Assembly (NCBI GenBank): GCA_905331295.1
Contig: CAJNYD010000259.1
Span: forward strand, 1-39,398
Source: Rotaria socialis
Taxonomy: Eukaryota
DNA length: 39,398 bases
Direction: 5' to 3'
Shown here: positions 10,363 to 23,724 of the stretch, one piece after another
Layout of the letters: each line of letters begins with the position of its first letter
How positions within the stretch are numbered: the stretch's first letter is position 1
Notes under the pieces: model-generated
Told to the model about the DNA's origin: nothing
What the model saw: the letters and a program-made list of their open reading frames with translations, nothing else
Database searches by the model: none
Program-made: the position numbers and the translations under genes

Positions 10363-12807
10363 CAGTAAAACCTCCCTAAAGTGAACACTAATGGGACTGG
10401 TTAAAACATGTTCACTATAGGAGATGTTCACTATATAGAGGTGTCATAATGAATAAACTATTACATGTATACTGTGTATGATGAGTGTTACATGTTGATG
10501 AGTACGCACGTTTTTTGTTAGAATTTCCTCGGATTACTTAGTGCATAGAATAAAAAAATCATTCCTTCAATTTATGACATATATTTATTTCAAATTTATA
10601 AAACAAAACAACAAAAAAAATATTTCTTTTAAAGATTATACATTTTTATTTAATTTTTACAAAAGAAATCATCAATCTTAGTTTGTTTCGCACCTTTGGA
10701 ATCGATAAAGAGTTGAGTCAGTTGCGAATCTAATTGAGAAATAAGTGAATGTAATTCTGGATATTGAGTAGAAGCCAGAAGGTGTAACTTTTTAGCCATT
10801 TCCATCGGATCGATGAGTTTTGTTGGTGCTTCAGTTAGTATATCATCATCCTGATCATTATTATTATGTTTTTTATTGACATATTCTTCATCGACAATGA
10901 TTACATCATTGTCAGATTCATTCCATTCATTGAAAGTTGGTGTATCTAAGTCCATTTCGACGAATTCACTTGCTGAAAGACTTTGTCCATCAATATGAAT
11001 ATGAGCAAGAAGAGTATCAAGATCTTTTAATGCTGTTGTAATATCATCAATAATAGTTTCTTCATTTGTATCATTTTCATTGTCGACTGTACCACTAATA
11101 GTATCTTGAGTATTTGGATGAACGAAGCCTGCCATATGAAATGTGTTGCGGATTGTTAATTGAGTGACACTTTCCCAAGCATTTTTTGTCCAAGTTACGG
11201 CATCAAGAGCAGTAATAATAATGTCATCTGGTGATGTAGCAAGGGCACAACGTGATATTACATGCTTCACAAGATGTTGACCTAAATGAAGTCAGTTATA
11301 TTTTTCAAAATGTCGAAAAACAGAATACTTACGATAATAACACTTGAAATTCTTGATTATACCTTGGTCAAGTGGTTGCAGCTTCGATGTTGTGTTTGGA
11401 GGAAAGAATTTAACACATATGTTGGAATATTCAACGTCGGGATTATGACATGGTGCATGGTCCATAAACAATAAAATTTTACGCTTTTGTTTAATCATAC
11501 TTTTGTTCACGGTAATCAGCCAGTCTTCAAAGAGGCTGGCTGTCATCCAGCTGCTACGATTTGATCGCCAGGTAATAGGTAAGTTTTTCACATTTTAATT
11601 CTTGAAGCATCGTGGATTAGCAGATTTATCTAAAACGGAAACATTAACATTTATTATAAGGAAAGACTAAACAGAAAATGCAGAACTGACCGATCATAAG
11701 CGGTTTTAATTTGTCTGTACCTGTCATATTGGTACACAGCAAAACTGTAAAACGTTCTTTGGACCGTTTCCCGCCTTTGCAAGAATCTTTGGCCGTAACA
11801 AGCGAAAGATTTGGTAGTGCTTTGAAGAATAATCCAGTTTCGTCTGCATTATAAATATCATTGGGATTATATTTGTCAATCATTACCACCAGGCGCTTTT
11901 TCCACTCGTCAACAGTTGCAGGATCGACTGATGCTGATTCACCATTGATAGTTCGATATTGTATACCATGACGTTTGCGAAACTTTTCTAGCCAACCATT
12001 GCTTGCTTTGAAATCGCCAGCATTTGAACCACCTAGTTGTTGACGAATTTGTCTTGCTTGCTCTTGCAAAAGAGGACCCGAGATAGGAATATTCTTACTG
12101 CGTTGTTGTACAAACCATTCATATACTTTCTGATCTAGTTGTTGACTGAATTCATCACGTAGATTACGCTTCTTGTTTGAGTTTTCATTTTGTTCATAAT
12201 TCTCAATGTACTCAACTTTGCGCTTAACAATATTTGAAACACTTCCGATCGAGATTTTGTACTCACCAGCCAATTTACGGTACGGTACATTTTGTTCGTT
12301 TTTACGAATCAACTCTACTCTTTCAGCAAGTGTTAAATCGCGTCTTGCTGTCATCTTACAAGTGTGAATAGAAAGGAGTGATATTCTTACAGACACAGAG
12401 GACCAATTCGTTATTGCCTATTCATTCTTATTGTTCTTTTTGTTCAATACATGCGACATATCAATTAGAGATGAACTTTTGACTATCATTCGTCTTTTAT
12501 TTTATGCATGCGACCATTTTTTTTATAATAAGTAGACCGTCAATAAAGTTAGCGGTCATTGCTTCGAAATGTACAATATTTGTCCTCGATTTTTATCTTC
12601 TCAAGCGCATATTTTCTTGTACATATGTTCACTATATAGAGGTTTTCTTACTATTGGGACCAAAACAAAGTGTTCACTGTTCAGAGTTGGGAGGTGTTCA
12701 CTATACAGAGGTCTATTTACAGCAAAAATCGATCGGGCGGTTCAGATTATCCGTTCAGACGAGAGGTGTTCACTATATAGAGGTGTTCACTATGGGAGGT
12801 TTTACTG
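10363..12807 (-). mobile_element. Full-length pogo/Tigger (Tc1/mariner superfamily) DNA transposon
   Basis: TIRs CAGTAAAACCTCCC..AGTGAACAC at both ends; TA target duplication (10361-62, 12808-09); multiple subterminal TGTTCACTATA(T/C)AGAG repeats; encloses a transposase. Confidence 0.95.
10650..12354 (-). pseudogene. pogo-family transposase (HTH_psq, CENP-B HTH, DDE_1) with two introns and one premature stop
   Basis: ATG 12354; FKASNGWLEKFRKRH, NADETG, LFMDHAPCH, QPLDQG (DD30D); GT-AG introns 11630-11690 and 11282-11332; TAA at 11595-11597; C-terminal KQTKIDDFF. Confidence 0.9.
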
Positions 12808-12938
12808 TATATTGATAGCCTATTAACATTCATATTTTCTCACATTGAAAATTTTCCTAATAATTCAAGTGGAAAAAATGATCAAGCTAATTATGAATAT
12901 CTTTTATTAGTAAAATATTTCGATTGTATTGTACAATA

Positions 12939-13436
12939 TCAAGAAAGTAACATAATTGCTTCCCTGATAGTTTCTTCTGTTATGCCATTTAATGGCATTG
13001 TCATTACAAAATGATCTTGCATTCGTTTTGGATCCAATTTAAATAGATCCATGTCATCAATGGCAATCCATTTTGTTATAAAAATATCTTCATGAATGGT
13101 TTTATTATCGAAATCTTTCAGCCAATGATAAATTTCATCTACTCTTGTTTTACCTCGACTACTAGTCCATCCTAATAGGCGATCGATTCCAATTTTTTTA
13201 AATGCTGATTCGACCTTGGTTCTTGATTTTGGGAAAAATCTAAATTGATCATTAAATGCGCTAAACTAATATCCAGTCAAAGATTACTATGGGAATTACC
13301 GCCAAGAAGAAGACAAAACGATGCGTGCGGATGTGACGTCCAATATTTTCTTTAAATTTTCTAGACATTTTTGATCGATTTCTTTCCTAAAACATAATAC
13401 TCCGTCAATATCCAAGAATATAATTTTTGTTTCCAT
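12939..13436 (-). CDS. HAD-superfamily protein, HAD_SAK ('Swiss Army Knife' RNA-repair-associated HAD) type, 145 aa, 2 coding exons
   Basis: Exons 13436-13300 and 13239-12939 with a 60-bp GT-AG intron give an open frame: METKIIFLDIDGVL...IVLSSSWR...KTRVDEIYHWL...WIAIDD...GITEETIREAIMLLS*. Contains DxD, SSSWR and terminal DD motifs. Absent from the ORF track. Confidence 0.85.
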
Positions 13437-15999
13437 CGGTATCTAAAAATATTTGGTTGAAGTCAAAATTGGATGTTATAATAGATCAAAAGATATTTTA
13501 TTGAAATAAAGAAATCATGATCTTCTATAGAGATTGTTTGACAGTTGTTCTAATATTAAATATCTCACTAGATTATAATTGATACTGATATTTAAACAAA
13601 CATCGTCGATATGCGTGCTCGATTAGTAACTATATATTCGATTAGAGAAAGCTAATTGTGCTAAAAGTCAATGACTTTAGAATCATGAGTTTTTAAGCAC
13701 AACTCGAAAATTGTGTTGAACAATGTAACTACTCGATAAAACAGATCGCATGAAAGCTATAGCTGATAGATCAGGATTATTTACTAGTGTAATGTGCCGT
13801 GCATTATCCAGCAACGACTCTCATGTGTCACTTTTACTTTAAATGATTATTACTCTTTTAACCAATGAAATCGTCTATTTATGTGCTGACTAGATCTACT
13901 TCATAATTTTTGTTAAAAGCGAGAAAATAAAATAAAACACAGAAGTTCGTAAGTTCTCTTGGTACTAATAGCTTTTTAGCTGAGAAATATGTGAAGTTGG
14001 AAGATATCTTACTTCGGAGTCAATAGTTATGATACTCCTCATTTTCATCGTCTATCGGTCCAATCATATGAAAGTATTCTGTCATTTTTTGACTAGACAC
14101 TTTGACCTCATGAAAAAAGCATAGCTTTTTTTTAACTCGTTCTGTCCGTTACTTTTACTTTTTCATTTCTGTTTCATTTCTCTCTCTCTCTCTCTCTCTC
14201 GGGTATAAGATCGTGTTATGGATGAAAGAGACAGTTGTAGCGATCTAATACTATAATGAACATTCATACAGAGAATAGGAGAACCGCTACTATTCCAGTT
14301 TGTCAATGTTCATTATCAGTTTACTGTAATACTATTAAAAAAAGAAAAATTCTTCATTTTAGTTTTCGCCAAAGAAATTAAGCATAACTTGGCTGGAATC
14401 TGAGCCAGCGCCTATCCTTTGTGCTGATTAAATTCTCTTGAAAAAGCCACGAATAAAATATTTTTCTCAATTTTTCTGAATTAAAAATGTCTCACAAAGT
14501 TGACCCTGAAGCAAAAAATGTAGCAAATGAGATTCCCTAAGTGGATGAAAAAGTATAGTCAGCTCCTATCAAAAAGTCTAGTAAAATGGTAGAAACTTTG
14601 AAGTGAAAAGCCGGCGATAAAAAATGAGGATCAGGCTATTATTTAGTTGTGACTGGAGCTGACCAGCAGTGCCAATCGTGTGATGTTAATATATAATGGA
14701 AGTTGAAATGATTAAACGTGTTTTGTTTCCATGTTGATACAAGACCCAATTTTAAAATCATACAACAACGAAAGACATGCGCTTCTTGACTAAGTTTTAA
14801 CGCGAGCATATTAACGATGAAATTAATGTGAAAGATTTTTCATCTTGTTAAAGTAGACAACACCATGATGTTGTTGAAGAATAAACGTTTATTATAGTTG
14901 ATGATCGTAAGTAAAAGGACATTGTGTGGCGAAATGAATTGTCAAAGAGGTGACTTATTATTGACATGAAATACCCCGATATGCGTGCATGAGTAACTGA
15001 AGAAAAGGAGTCTTTGCAGTAAAGAAAAAAGTGACAGGCTGCTAACGGATGATGCGGTGTGAGTCATCAAGTGTCAACAATAGCGAGCAGCAAACGTTCG
15101 TTATTTGTAATGTAATTCGTAGTGATAAAAATGATGCATAAATTTCTTAAAGTCAATTCTTCAGGACAAATATGCTCTATACTTCTCATATGCCTTCGAT
15201 AATTGATATTTAAGTCAAACTGCCATGTAAAACAAAGAAAAACAGGTTTTATAAAAATCGCAAAAAAAGACGACTTTCAATCGATTACAGTTAAATATAG
15301 TTTAAATTCAATATAATAGAAAAAAAGCAAGGATATCAAAATTTCAACAATTATTCTGATTATTTTTGATTGAAACACATTTATACTAGGCAACTTATAA
15401 TCAGAAGATTTGAAGAAATTTAGACATATTTGATTATTATTTTTTTTTTCTAAAGTTGATTAAACCTGTGCGATCTCAATCGAATTTTTATACCACGTTT
15501 TTTTGCATATGGTCTCGTTTCAATTAGATTATTTATTCTCCATTATTTAGGTCAATAAAAAACAATTTCGAAAAATTATACATAATGATGAATTATTTCG
15601 AAGTTACAAATTTGCTCAGTAGCAGATCATTATTGGATCAAATCTGACAATTAGTTTCATATTTATCGGTCCTTGAACTGATTGATTTCTTTCTGACACC
15701 AACTGAAACATCTAGTACGACTCACTGCATTTCAACTGTTTAATTCAGCCACAATGCTCACGTGTTATCTCTTCAATCAGTTTATTCATTTGCAAACTCC
15801 TATCTACATTTTGATGATCTAAATTATCACTGTTCAATACATGTTTCTCTACTATTTTCATTTGCGAACTTAACTGTAGTCTATGATGGAATTTTATAAG
15901 AAAAAAAACTTGCCCAAAAGTAAAAAAGAAAAGATCTGTTTAATTTCAATTTGTTTTCAATAGAAAAAAATGCATACAAGAGAAATAAAGTAATCAATA

Positions 16000-17509
16000 T
16001 TAATCTTCCACGAGAACGATATCACTTGGCTGTGTATTTTGTTCATGCTCATGAACTTCTTCATCTGGCCCAAACTAAAGACGTAAACATAGAGAATTAC
16101 AATAGAGTTAAATTCCGAATAAACTTACAAAATATTCCACAAGAGAAGGCTTATCTTTTTCTGTATAAATAAGAAATTGTGCACATAGAATTCCAGCAGC
16201 ATCAATACGTAATGAAAGTTTACTTGCAATCGACAATGCTCGAAGAATATATTGAAAAAATTGAGTTTTATATCTAAAGAATAAATGTATAACAATGAAA
16301 AACAAGAAAACAAATAATACCGATTGTGTACTGGTTCAGTACATAAAAATGTATCCATAACAGGAGAATCTTGAGTTATATCAACTGATGTGCTACCTCC
16401 GCATCCATTAGCAATAAGACGAAAATGCGGAACATCTTGAGTGATAAATAATTCAATACCTTTAAAAGAGTAAAGTTAGTAAAGAGGAGAAAAAAAATAA
16501 ATCCAGTATTTACAATCAGCTTTGAGATCAATTTCGCTAAGTGCTTCTTTAAATCCACTAGCCTAAAATGACAACCGAATCTAAACAATTGGTCTCATAA
16601 GTAACTATCAACCTTGAAAACGACTTTAGAAACAATATTTTCAGTTTGAAAATCAAAATCAATTGTATCTGTATCGTCTAATACTTTGATTAAACATTCA
16701 GTAATTACACCGTCTTCTTCTAAACTGTAAAAGAAATAGAGAGAAAAAGAAAAGAATTTTAATGCTCTATCGTTGACGAAATAAATCAATGAATAGATAA
16801 TGATAGCTTACTAAAGCTGTAATGGATGCGTTTGATTTTCACGATAATGAATTTGTACAGCAACATTTGTTGGTAATGGTTCATGTGTAACAGGATCAAG
16901 TGGAACACCAAAAATATTTAAACAATTCTAAAGCAATGAAATATATAAACGAATATACATAAGAATAAGAAACGTCAACTCTTACAAGAACTGTTTCAAG
17001 ATGAAATCGAAATCGTACTTGTCGCACCAATTCATACGAATCAAAAACACGTGTATCAATAAAAGCGTTGCCTTGTACACATTGTTTGTCTTCGACAATA
17101 ATTTTGACGCCAGTTGTCAACGCACAAAATATAGCATCCTAAACAAAAGTACTCTTTTGATTAATACGTATATTCGAATTACAATGAATCCATAGTAAGA
17201 AATCTCGTTATTAAACTTGATCATAAACGGGGGAAAATATGTCAAACCATATTTGAATTTTCTTTGAAAATGAACTAGATTTTATTTAATGTTCATTCAT
17301 CTCGATCATTAAATCTAATAATATGAATATATAATAATAATTAATATTACATCAGCAAAATCTATTGTTTTGAGAATACTAGCAAGTGTTCGACTTGATT
17401 TTAGTTTTGCAACAAATGCAACATCAGCACTGTCGGTTTGTTCTTGTTCATTGACATTATTCTCTTCTTCATCATCTGTATCCTCTTGATGTGTATCAAA
17501 TAAGGACAT
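16000..17509 (-). CDS. RAD1: Cell cycle checkpoint protein RAD1 (9-1-1 clamp subunit), 8 exons
   Basis: Exons 17509-17351, 17138-16986, 16927-16812, 16724-16613, 16562-16514, 16459-16321, 16273-16129, 16074-16000. Motifs LASILKTIDF, GVKIIVEDKQCVQGNAFI, LEEDGVITEC, KLSLRIDAAGIL, VEYFFGPDEE. Confidence 0.92.
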
Positions 17510-17934
17510 CAGTTCTAAAATAAATCTCTTTTAAACTAAATCAATATTTAGCAATACAAAAATTATCGATTTATTGATTAAAACAGAATAATATACAAAT
17601 GATAAAGAAAGAGAAGTTCATTAGTTTTTCTACACGATGTTGTTCAATCAACGAGCATATTGAATCTTGAAAAGTATTTTAGACGTGACCCATAAAATAA
17701 TTATATACGCATGAGAAAATTCATTAACATCCTTTAACAAAGTAAGGCTTACTTAATTTTATATAGAGTCATCTTATCTTACGAAAATTTCTCTCGAATT
17801 AAATTAAATTATATCAATGTTGAATCCGTAGATGATAAGCATATACTGTAAATAATGAATGATATAATATACTTTTTTTTGTATATATGCTATGGCAAAG
17901 AAAAGAATAAACTTCATGTTTTCCTTAATCTATA

Positions 17935-18431
17935 GGCCTTGTCTACACTAGAAAAGTTAATGCTGAATTAAGAAACATGGTTGGTTGAAAAGTTAATTCA
18001 GATTTAATACACTTTTGAAAAGTGAATTGAAGTTAATGTACCAATCGATAAAGAACTTGATGGACTAATTAGAATCTCGGACAGGCCTCAATGAGGTCGC
18101 TGTATATTATCGATAAATAGGTATTTTATAAAGAACAGGAGGTGAAGTATAAAAACTCAAGAACCCTAGAATATTGAACGAAACTATAGTTGAAAGAAAT
18201 AAGTTAGAAAAGTAAATATTTTGGTAACAAATTTCGTCATTTGTCGTTAATCCGCTATAATGTAGTCTGAATGTATAAACTTAGCACATGTTCAGTAAAG
18301 AAAAAGTCGCTTCTGTCTCTTTTTGATGAGTTACTTCTCAATTCTGATCGATGCATTAAACTTATAAGTGTAGACACACGTAGATTTAATTCGAATTAAT
18401 GCCGCATTATCTTTCTAGTGTAGACAAGGCC
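17935..18431. mobile_element. ~500-bp MITE, PIF/Harbinger-like termini
   Basis: Perfect 20-bp TIR GGCCTTGTCTACACTAGAAA / TTTCTAGTGTAGACAAGGCC, flanked by TATA on both sides. Confidence 0.85.
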
Positions 18432-18737
18432 TATATTCATTCATTCATATATATATATATATATATATACAGTATTCTCTAGTTCTATTGGTTAGATTTC
18501 CATACGAATTATAACATATTTGAAATGGCGACGAAATTTTACGTCTAGCTGTACGTAGTTCGTTATTACGAGTTTCTTTCGTTTCCTTTCAAAAATTTGA
18601 ATTTCATAAGCAATATGTTTCCTATCTTTAAATAATAAAAATAAATAAACATGATAATAAAAATCAATGATATCATAACTCGAATGAAATGTATTGTATT
18701 TACCTTGACATTTTCAATGTTTAGATAATCATTATCA

Positions 18738-21030
18738 ATGAATAAAACGTTTCGATGTGGTCGTCTGATGCTTACCAAAGATGGGATATTAAAAAAACTT
18801 GAGTTAGAAAACGGTGGTGGTTCTCGTCGTTGTAATTGGGATCATAATGATATGGATTTCAATACTGTTCAACAACGTCTGATGGACGTGTTTCATCTGA
18901 GTAAAATGTCAAACAAGCATAACTCTAAATTGTTTCCTTTTTTATTACTCTTCGTTGTAGATAATGGTAAATATAAAACTTGGTTATATGATTTTGAACG
19001 TAAACTATTAGATGTACATAAGTATGAGAAATTCTCCCAATATATGAACGACCATGGCCTCAGTGGTCGAAGTACTATTATTTACATATGTACAAACGAA
19101 GGTTTGATTCTCTACTTCGATTTGTTTTTAACTGATTGAATCTTCTTTTTTTTTTAAGTCAATGAAAATGAGAATGATGATGATGATGATCCAATAATAA
19201 TAATGCCGAACAAGAAAAGTACAGCCACAATGAAAAAATTAAAGACTGAACCAAAGTAGACGAAATTTTGAACAATTATTTTTCTTTTAAATTTGCCAAT
19301 GTTTTTTTAAGATCATCAACATCAGTACGAACCAATAGGTCACCAAGAACAGTTGAAAGCCAATACATTTTATATGATGAAGATCGGTTTGATAAAGAAC
19401 AATCATCTCAGTATGAAATTTGTTTTATTTATAAAATAGAAATTGTAAAAATTTATTTTTTAGATCTCTTTTTGGTAATCCATTGATAATAGTTAGTTAA
19501 TCTCTATGATAAAGTCTTTTATTTAGCATATTCTTTTTCTGATTCAATTAATAAATTGAGAAAAAATATTCATGATTTAATTAAAAATAGTATTTTGGAT
19601 GAAACATTGGTTAAATTATTTGAAAATATACAAACTATTTCGGGTATGGTTTGTGCAACTATTGATCCATTAAAAGAAAAAATGAAACAATCGAATCAAT
19701 ACGTTCGTGTAATGAACGAAAATGAAATATGGTTAAATGAAAATAATTTAACGCAAGCAATGGACGTGTGCAAATCAACCAAAACTTTACTTGAATTAAA
19801 GAAAAAACAATATGGTCACATTCAAACATTTTCGACGGTAGTCAATTTATTTACTCAATTTTATGATAACTTACAGGTATTTAAATGATTTTAAAAAAAA
19901 CTCGAATAACACAATACACTAAACAAAACTATGTTTAATAGAATTTCAATAATTCAGAATCACAAGATAAATTAAGAATAATAACAGAACCATGAGACGT
20001 TCTTTGGTAGTCAACAAGAATTTGAATATGACCCATTATTTAAAGAAAACATCAGTCTAATAGAAAATACATCTTAACTTCTATGCTTTATATACTGCTG
20101 ATTTTCATGCTTAACGAATTCAATTTTTGCCAGCTCTTTGAATAAAATATAGAGATGACGTTTTTTTTCTGCATAAGACCTAGTTTTGTTTCTAATAGAT
20201 TTTTAAAAATAAATTGATCCAATCTTTTTAGATTCTGCTCAAACAATGGTCCGATAATGTTGAAGATAATAATGAAAAATACAACACATCAACATTATCA
20301 TCTTGCTCTACTCATTCGAATAATAAATATTTATCTAGCGATTCACATATTCAACCATTATTTCAACATAAAAGTGAATTATATTCAAAGAATTGTAAAA
20401 GACAATCTCAAACGTCATCAATACCGGTTTCTCAATCATTACCATCAGTCGATGTATTTCAACCAGTATCTTCATTTCAAGAATCATCAAATAAAAATAA
20501 TCAGGAAGATTTTGCTTTATTGGAATCCGTACGCTAAATTTGAAAATATAATTATTTATTCTTCGATTGATTTAATTTAGGTTTTGAATTGCTTAAATCA
20601 TTTATCAGGTTTATTATATCCACAATATCTATCAACATTTCGTGAATTTATTCATTCAGCTATTGATGACATTGAGTCCATACGATCAACAATTAATTTA
20701 CATGATGAGCAATCATTACAAGATGCACAAAAAAAGACTTTATCAATAAAATCTAGAATTAATAAAATAATTTATGAACAAGATATTAATTATTCTAAAC
20801 ATGGATTAGATGGACAACTTCTTATGTCGTGTAAAAAAACATTAAAATCAATGGAACTTTTATTAATATCTCTTGATCGATATCAAATCCAACTCGACCA
20901 AAATAATCGACGAAAACATTCAAATTGGTCTTCACCTCCACGTTTATTTATAGATCAACATCTCTCCGAAAGCAGACAGACATTTTCATTGAAGAAACGA
21001 AAATCATTAAACTTTCATGACGATAGTTAA
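18738..21030 (+). CDS. Unknown multi-exon protein (N-terminal globular domain, acidic linker, helical/coiled-coil C-terminal part)
   Basis: Chain of ORFs joined by plausible GT-AG introns (e.g. 18901-18960); splicing around 19410-19530 and 19940-20230 could not be resolved. Confidence 0.55.
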
Positions 21031-23102
21031 GCTAGCGTTGTGTCTTTCTTCACCGATTAAAAATGAAACTTTTTTTTGACAGATATCCCGAAAACCCGTG
21101 TTTGAACAGCTCATTACTCTAAGTAAATCTTCGTGAGCTTTAATTTTCTAGTGGTTATAAATTATGTGTTTATTTTGTTTCGTTATTTATATGAAAAAAT
21201 AAATATGAAATCAAATGTAGTTCATAGATTTCTTTTATGAAATAATAATTGATCTTGATTAGTACATTTCAGTTCATTTATGATTATGATAGGTATAATT
21301 TGAATGTCACTATCAGTACTGAATTATTGAACCAAAGTAACAATCTCAAGAGTACTGATTGAAATAGTAAATCATTCATGTGACTATTCTTGTTTGTCTA
21401 GTTTCAGGTTTTGATAATAATATTAACATGAATATTTTTGTGCATTGCGTAGGAATATATTTAACACTCAATATAAGACTCGAGTTTAGGTTCGATACTA
21501 GATTTTTAAAGTTTTTACAAAGAATACGATGAATACTGTTCAAAATTAACCGACAGTTTATAAGAATATGTAATCCGAGAATTTATTATTTACTTGTTCT
21601 TAGTTTCTGTCTTCAATATGAATAAATTTATTCAGTATTATAGTGTAGATTTTTTTAATCGTAAAATTGTTTATTCTTTTCAACCAGTTTGTACAATTAA
21701 AATCAAAATAGCATGTTATAAACTAATTTACACTTGTTGAACAACAAATAATGATAATATCAATTGAAAATTCGTTAATGTCACCTAGATGATAATAATA
21801 ACTGTGCACCTCATTGAATACAAGATAGTGTATATTGATTTTCTTTAATCGATTTATTTCAAGAAGAAATAGTAAGCATGATCAGCTACAAGCACAGACA
21901 AACATATAGATACATAACAAAGAATAGTTGTTGATAAGTCACATCGCAACAGAAACGTTGAAGTAGATATACCACTCAATATTAAGATGAATTTTTATTA
22001 CAAAATTTATTGTTTGATGTCTTCAATTTAAAATTCAAATATAGAGTGTCATTAGAATGTAACAAATTTTGAGACAATCTGTAATATATCTATATAGGAA
22101 TTCAAAGAATTAATTACAGAATTGTGGTGATTGACTATGCATAGTTTGGCAAGATATTCTAAATCACTAAAAACATGTATTATTTTGTCTAACAACATAA
22201 ATAATTGAAGAGAAGATTCAATTCTTTTCAAATTATCTCATGTAAAGAGCATTTTCTCAGTTATTCACATGATATTGAATCAGTATCAATTGAGTGTCAA
22301 TTTATTCGAAATAATTAATTAATCAACAAGATACGTATGCAGACAATAAGAAAAAAAGAGCAGATTAATTCACACTACATCTCAATAGATAGTATGTAAA
22401 CGTTAAAAAATTTCAATTGTAGACATTCTCAAGAGGTCGTTATAAGATTAGATTTCTTTGTTTACATGCAAAACATCAGACAGAAACTAAACAACATAAT
22501 TATAAATCTAAATGAATATATTTTATACTAGAAAAATAGCAGATAATAATGGCAATATTTTCAAAACACAATGGTGGTGACGACTTTGGCTTTCCATTCA
22601 TTTAAGATGAAAATGTAAAATTGACTAAAGCGGATAGAACGAAGCTTTCAGTATGACGACAACAATAGTAACAATTATCAATTTGAATTGTGTTTTCTCG
22701 AATTATAAAATGATATGGGATTTTTCATTAAATTTATCGTAAAAATAACGATTGGTCGCATTTCTTCTAGTGAATTTTATGATATACAGAAAACTCGATG
22801 TTTCACAAAACAATTAGCGAAAGGTCACTCTGCATATATGAAACGCACATATTTGATAATACTATACATTCTGTCTTGATTGTAAAATCTATTTATTGTA
22901 CCTCTTGAATTTCAAGACAATATTTTTAAAAGCAAAGTTGCATAACTTGAACAATGATATCACTAAATTTATCGATAGTAAATATAGACATAGCTCTTTA
23001 TTTTTTGTCTGATTATACGAAATTTATTAATGAAGAAAAATGAAGTGGATAAATAGTGGCACGTTAGTATGTTCTTTTGTTCAATACGGTTCGATAATTT
23101 AT

Positions 23103-23724
23103 TTAATCATAGACGGGCAATTTTGTTTGATACTTCAATTTTGGTCCGTTAAAATTATTCTTCTGAGCAATTCGATTCAAAGCAAAAATACATAACTAAA
23201 AAACATGAACAGAATCTCTTTCGGTTAATATTCTGTATTAGGAATAAAGATTATAACTTACTGTTACTTGTTGAATATTCTGTTTGTCGAAACAATCGAC
23301 AGCTTGAAATACTTCACTGGCATTGACACCATAAGCACGTGCAGCATTTTGAAAAAGACCAATATTTTCACGTAACTTAATTGAACATCCTTGTGTATGT
23401 ATCTTTGGTACAGAACCAGGTTTGAGTTTATTCATTAGTCTTAATAAAAGAAAAAGATTAGAAGAAGATATTTAAAAAATATTATTGTTATTGAATCTTA
23501 CTTGCATAAAATGATTCCATCGTGAAGTGCTTCTTCATAATCGTCTGTTGGAAATCGTTCACCAGTGACAGCTTCTATCCATTCTCTTGCTGCTTTTTCT
23601 TGTTCGGAATCTTGCTTGTAAAAAATCTAAAAATCCAAATAATAATAATATTAAATAGTTTATTCAACTAATATCATATATAAATCACACATACTTTGTC
23701 TTTAACAGCTCGATCCAATGCCAT
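23103..23724 (-). CDS. Calponin-homology protein, Mp20/transgelin-like, 4 exons
   Basis: Exons 23724-23695, 23626-23502, 23439-23262, 23195-23103: MALDRAVKDK...AREWIEAVTGERF...LHDGIILCKLMNKLKPGSVPKI...RENIGLFQNAARAYGV...VFQAVDCFDKQNIQQVTLCIFALNRIAQ...GPKL. Confidence 0.9.

Noticed and set aside
12504..12826. ORFs with repeated VHYIEV/CSLYRG
   Set aside because: Translations of pogo subterminal repeats.
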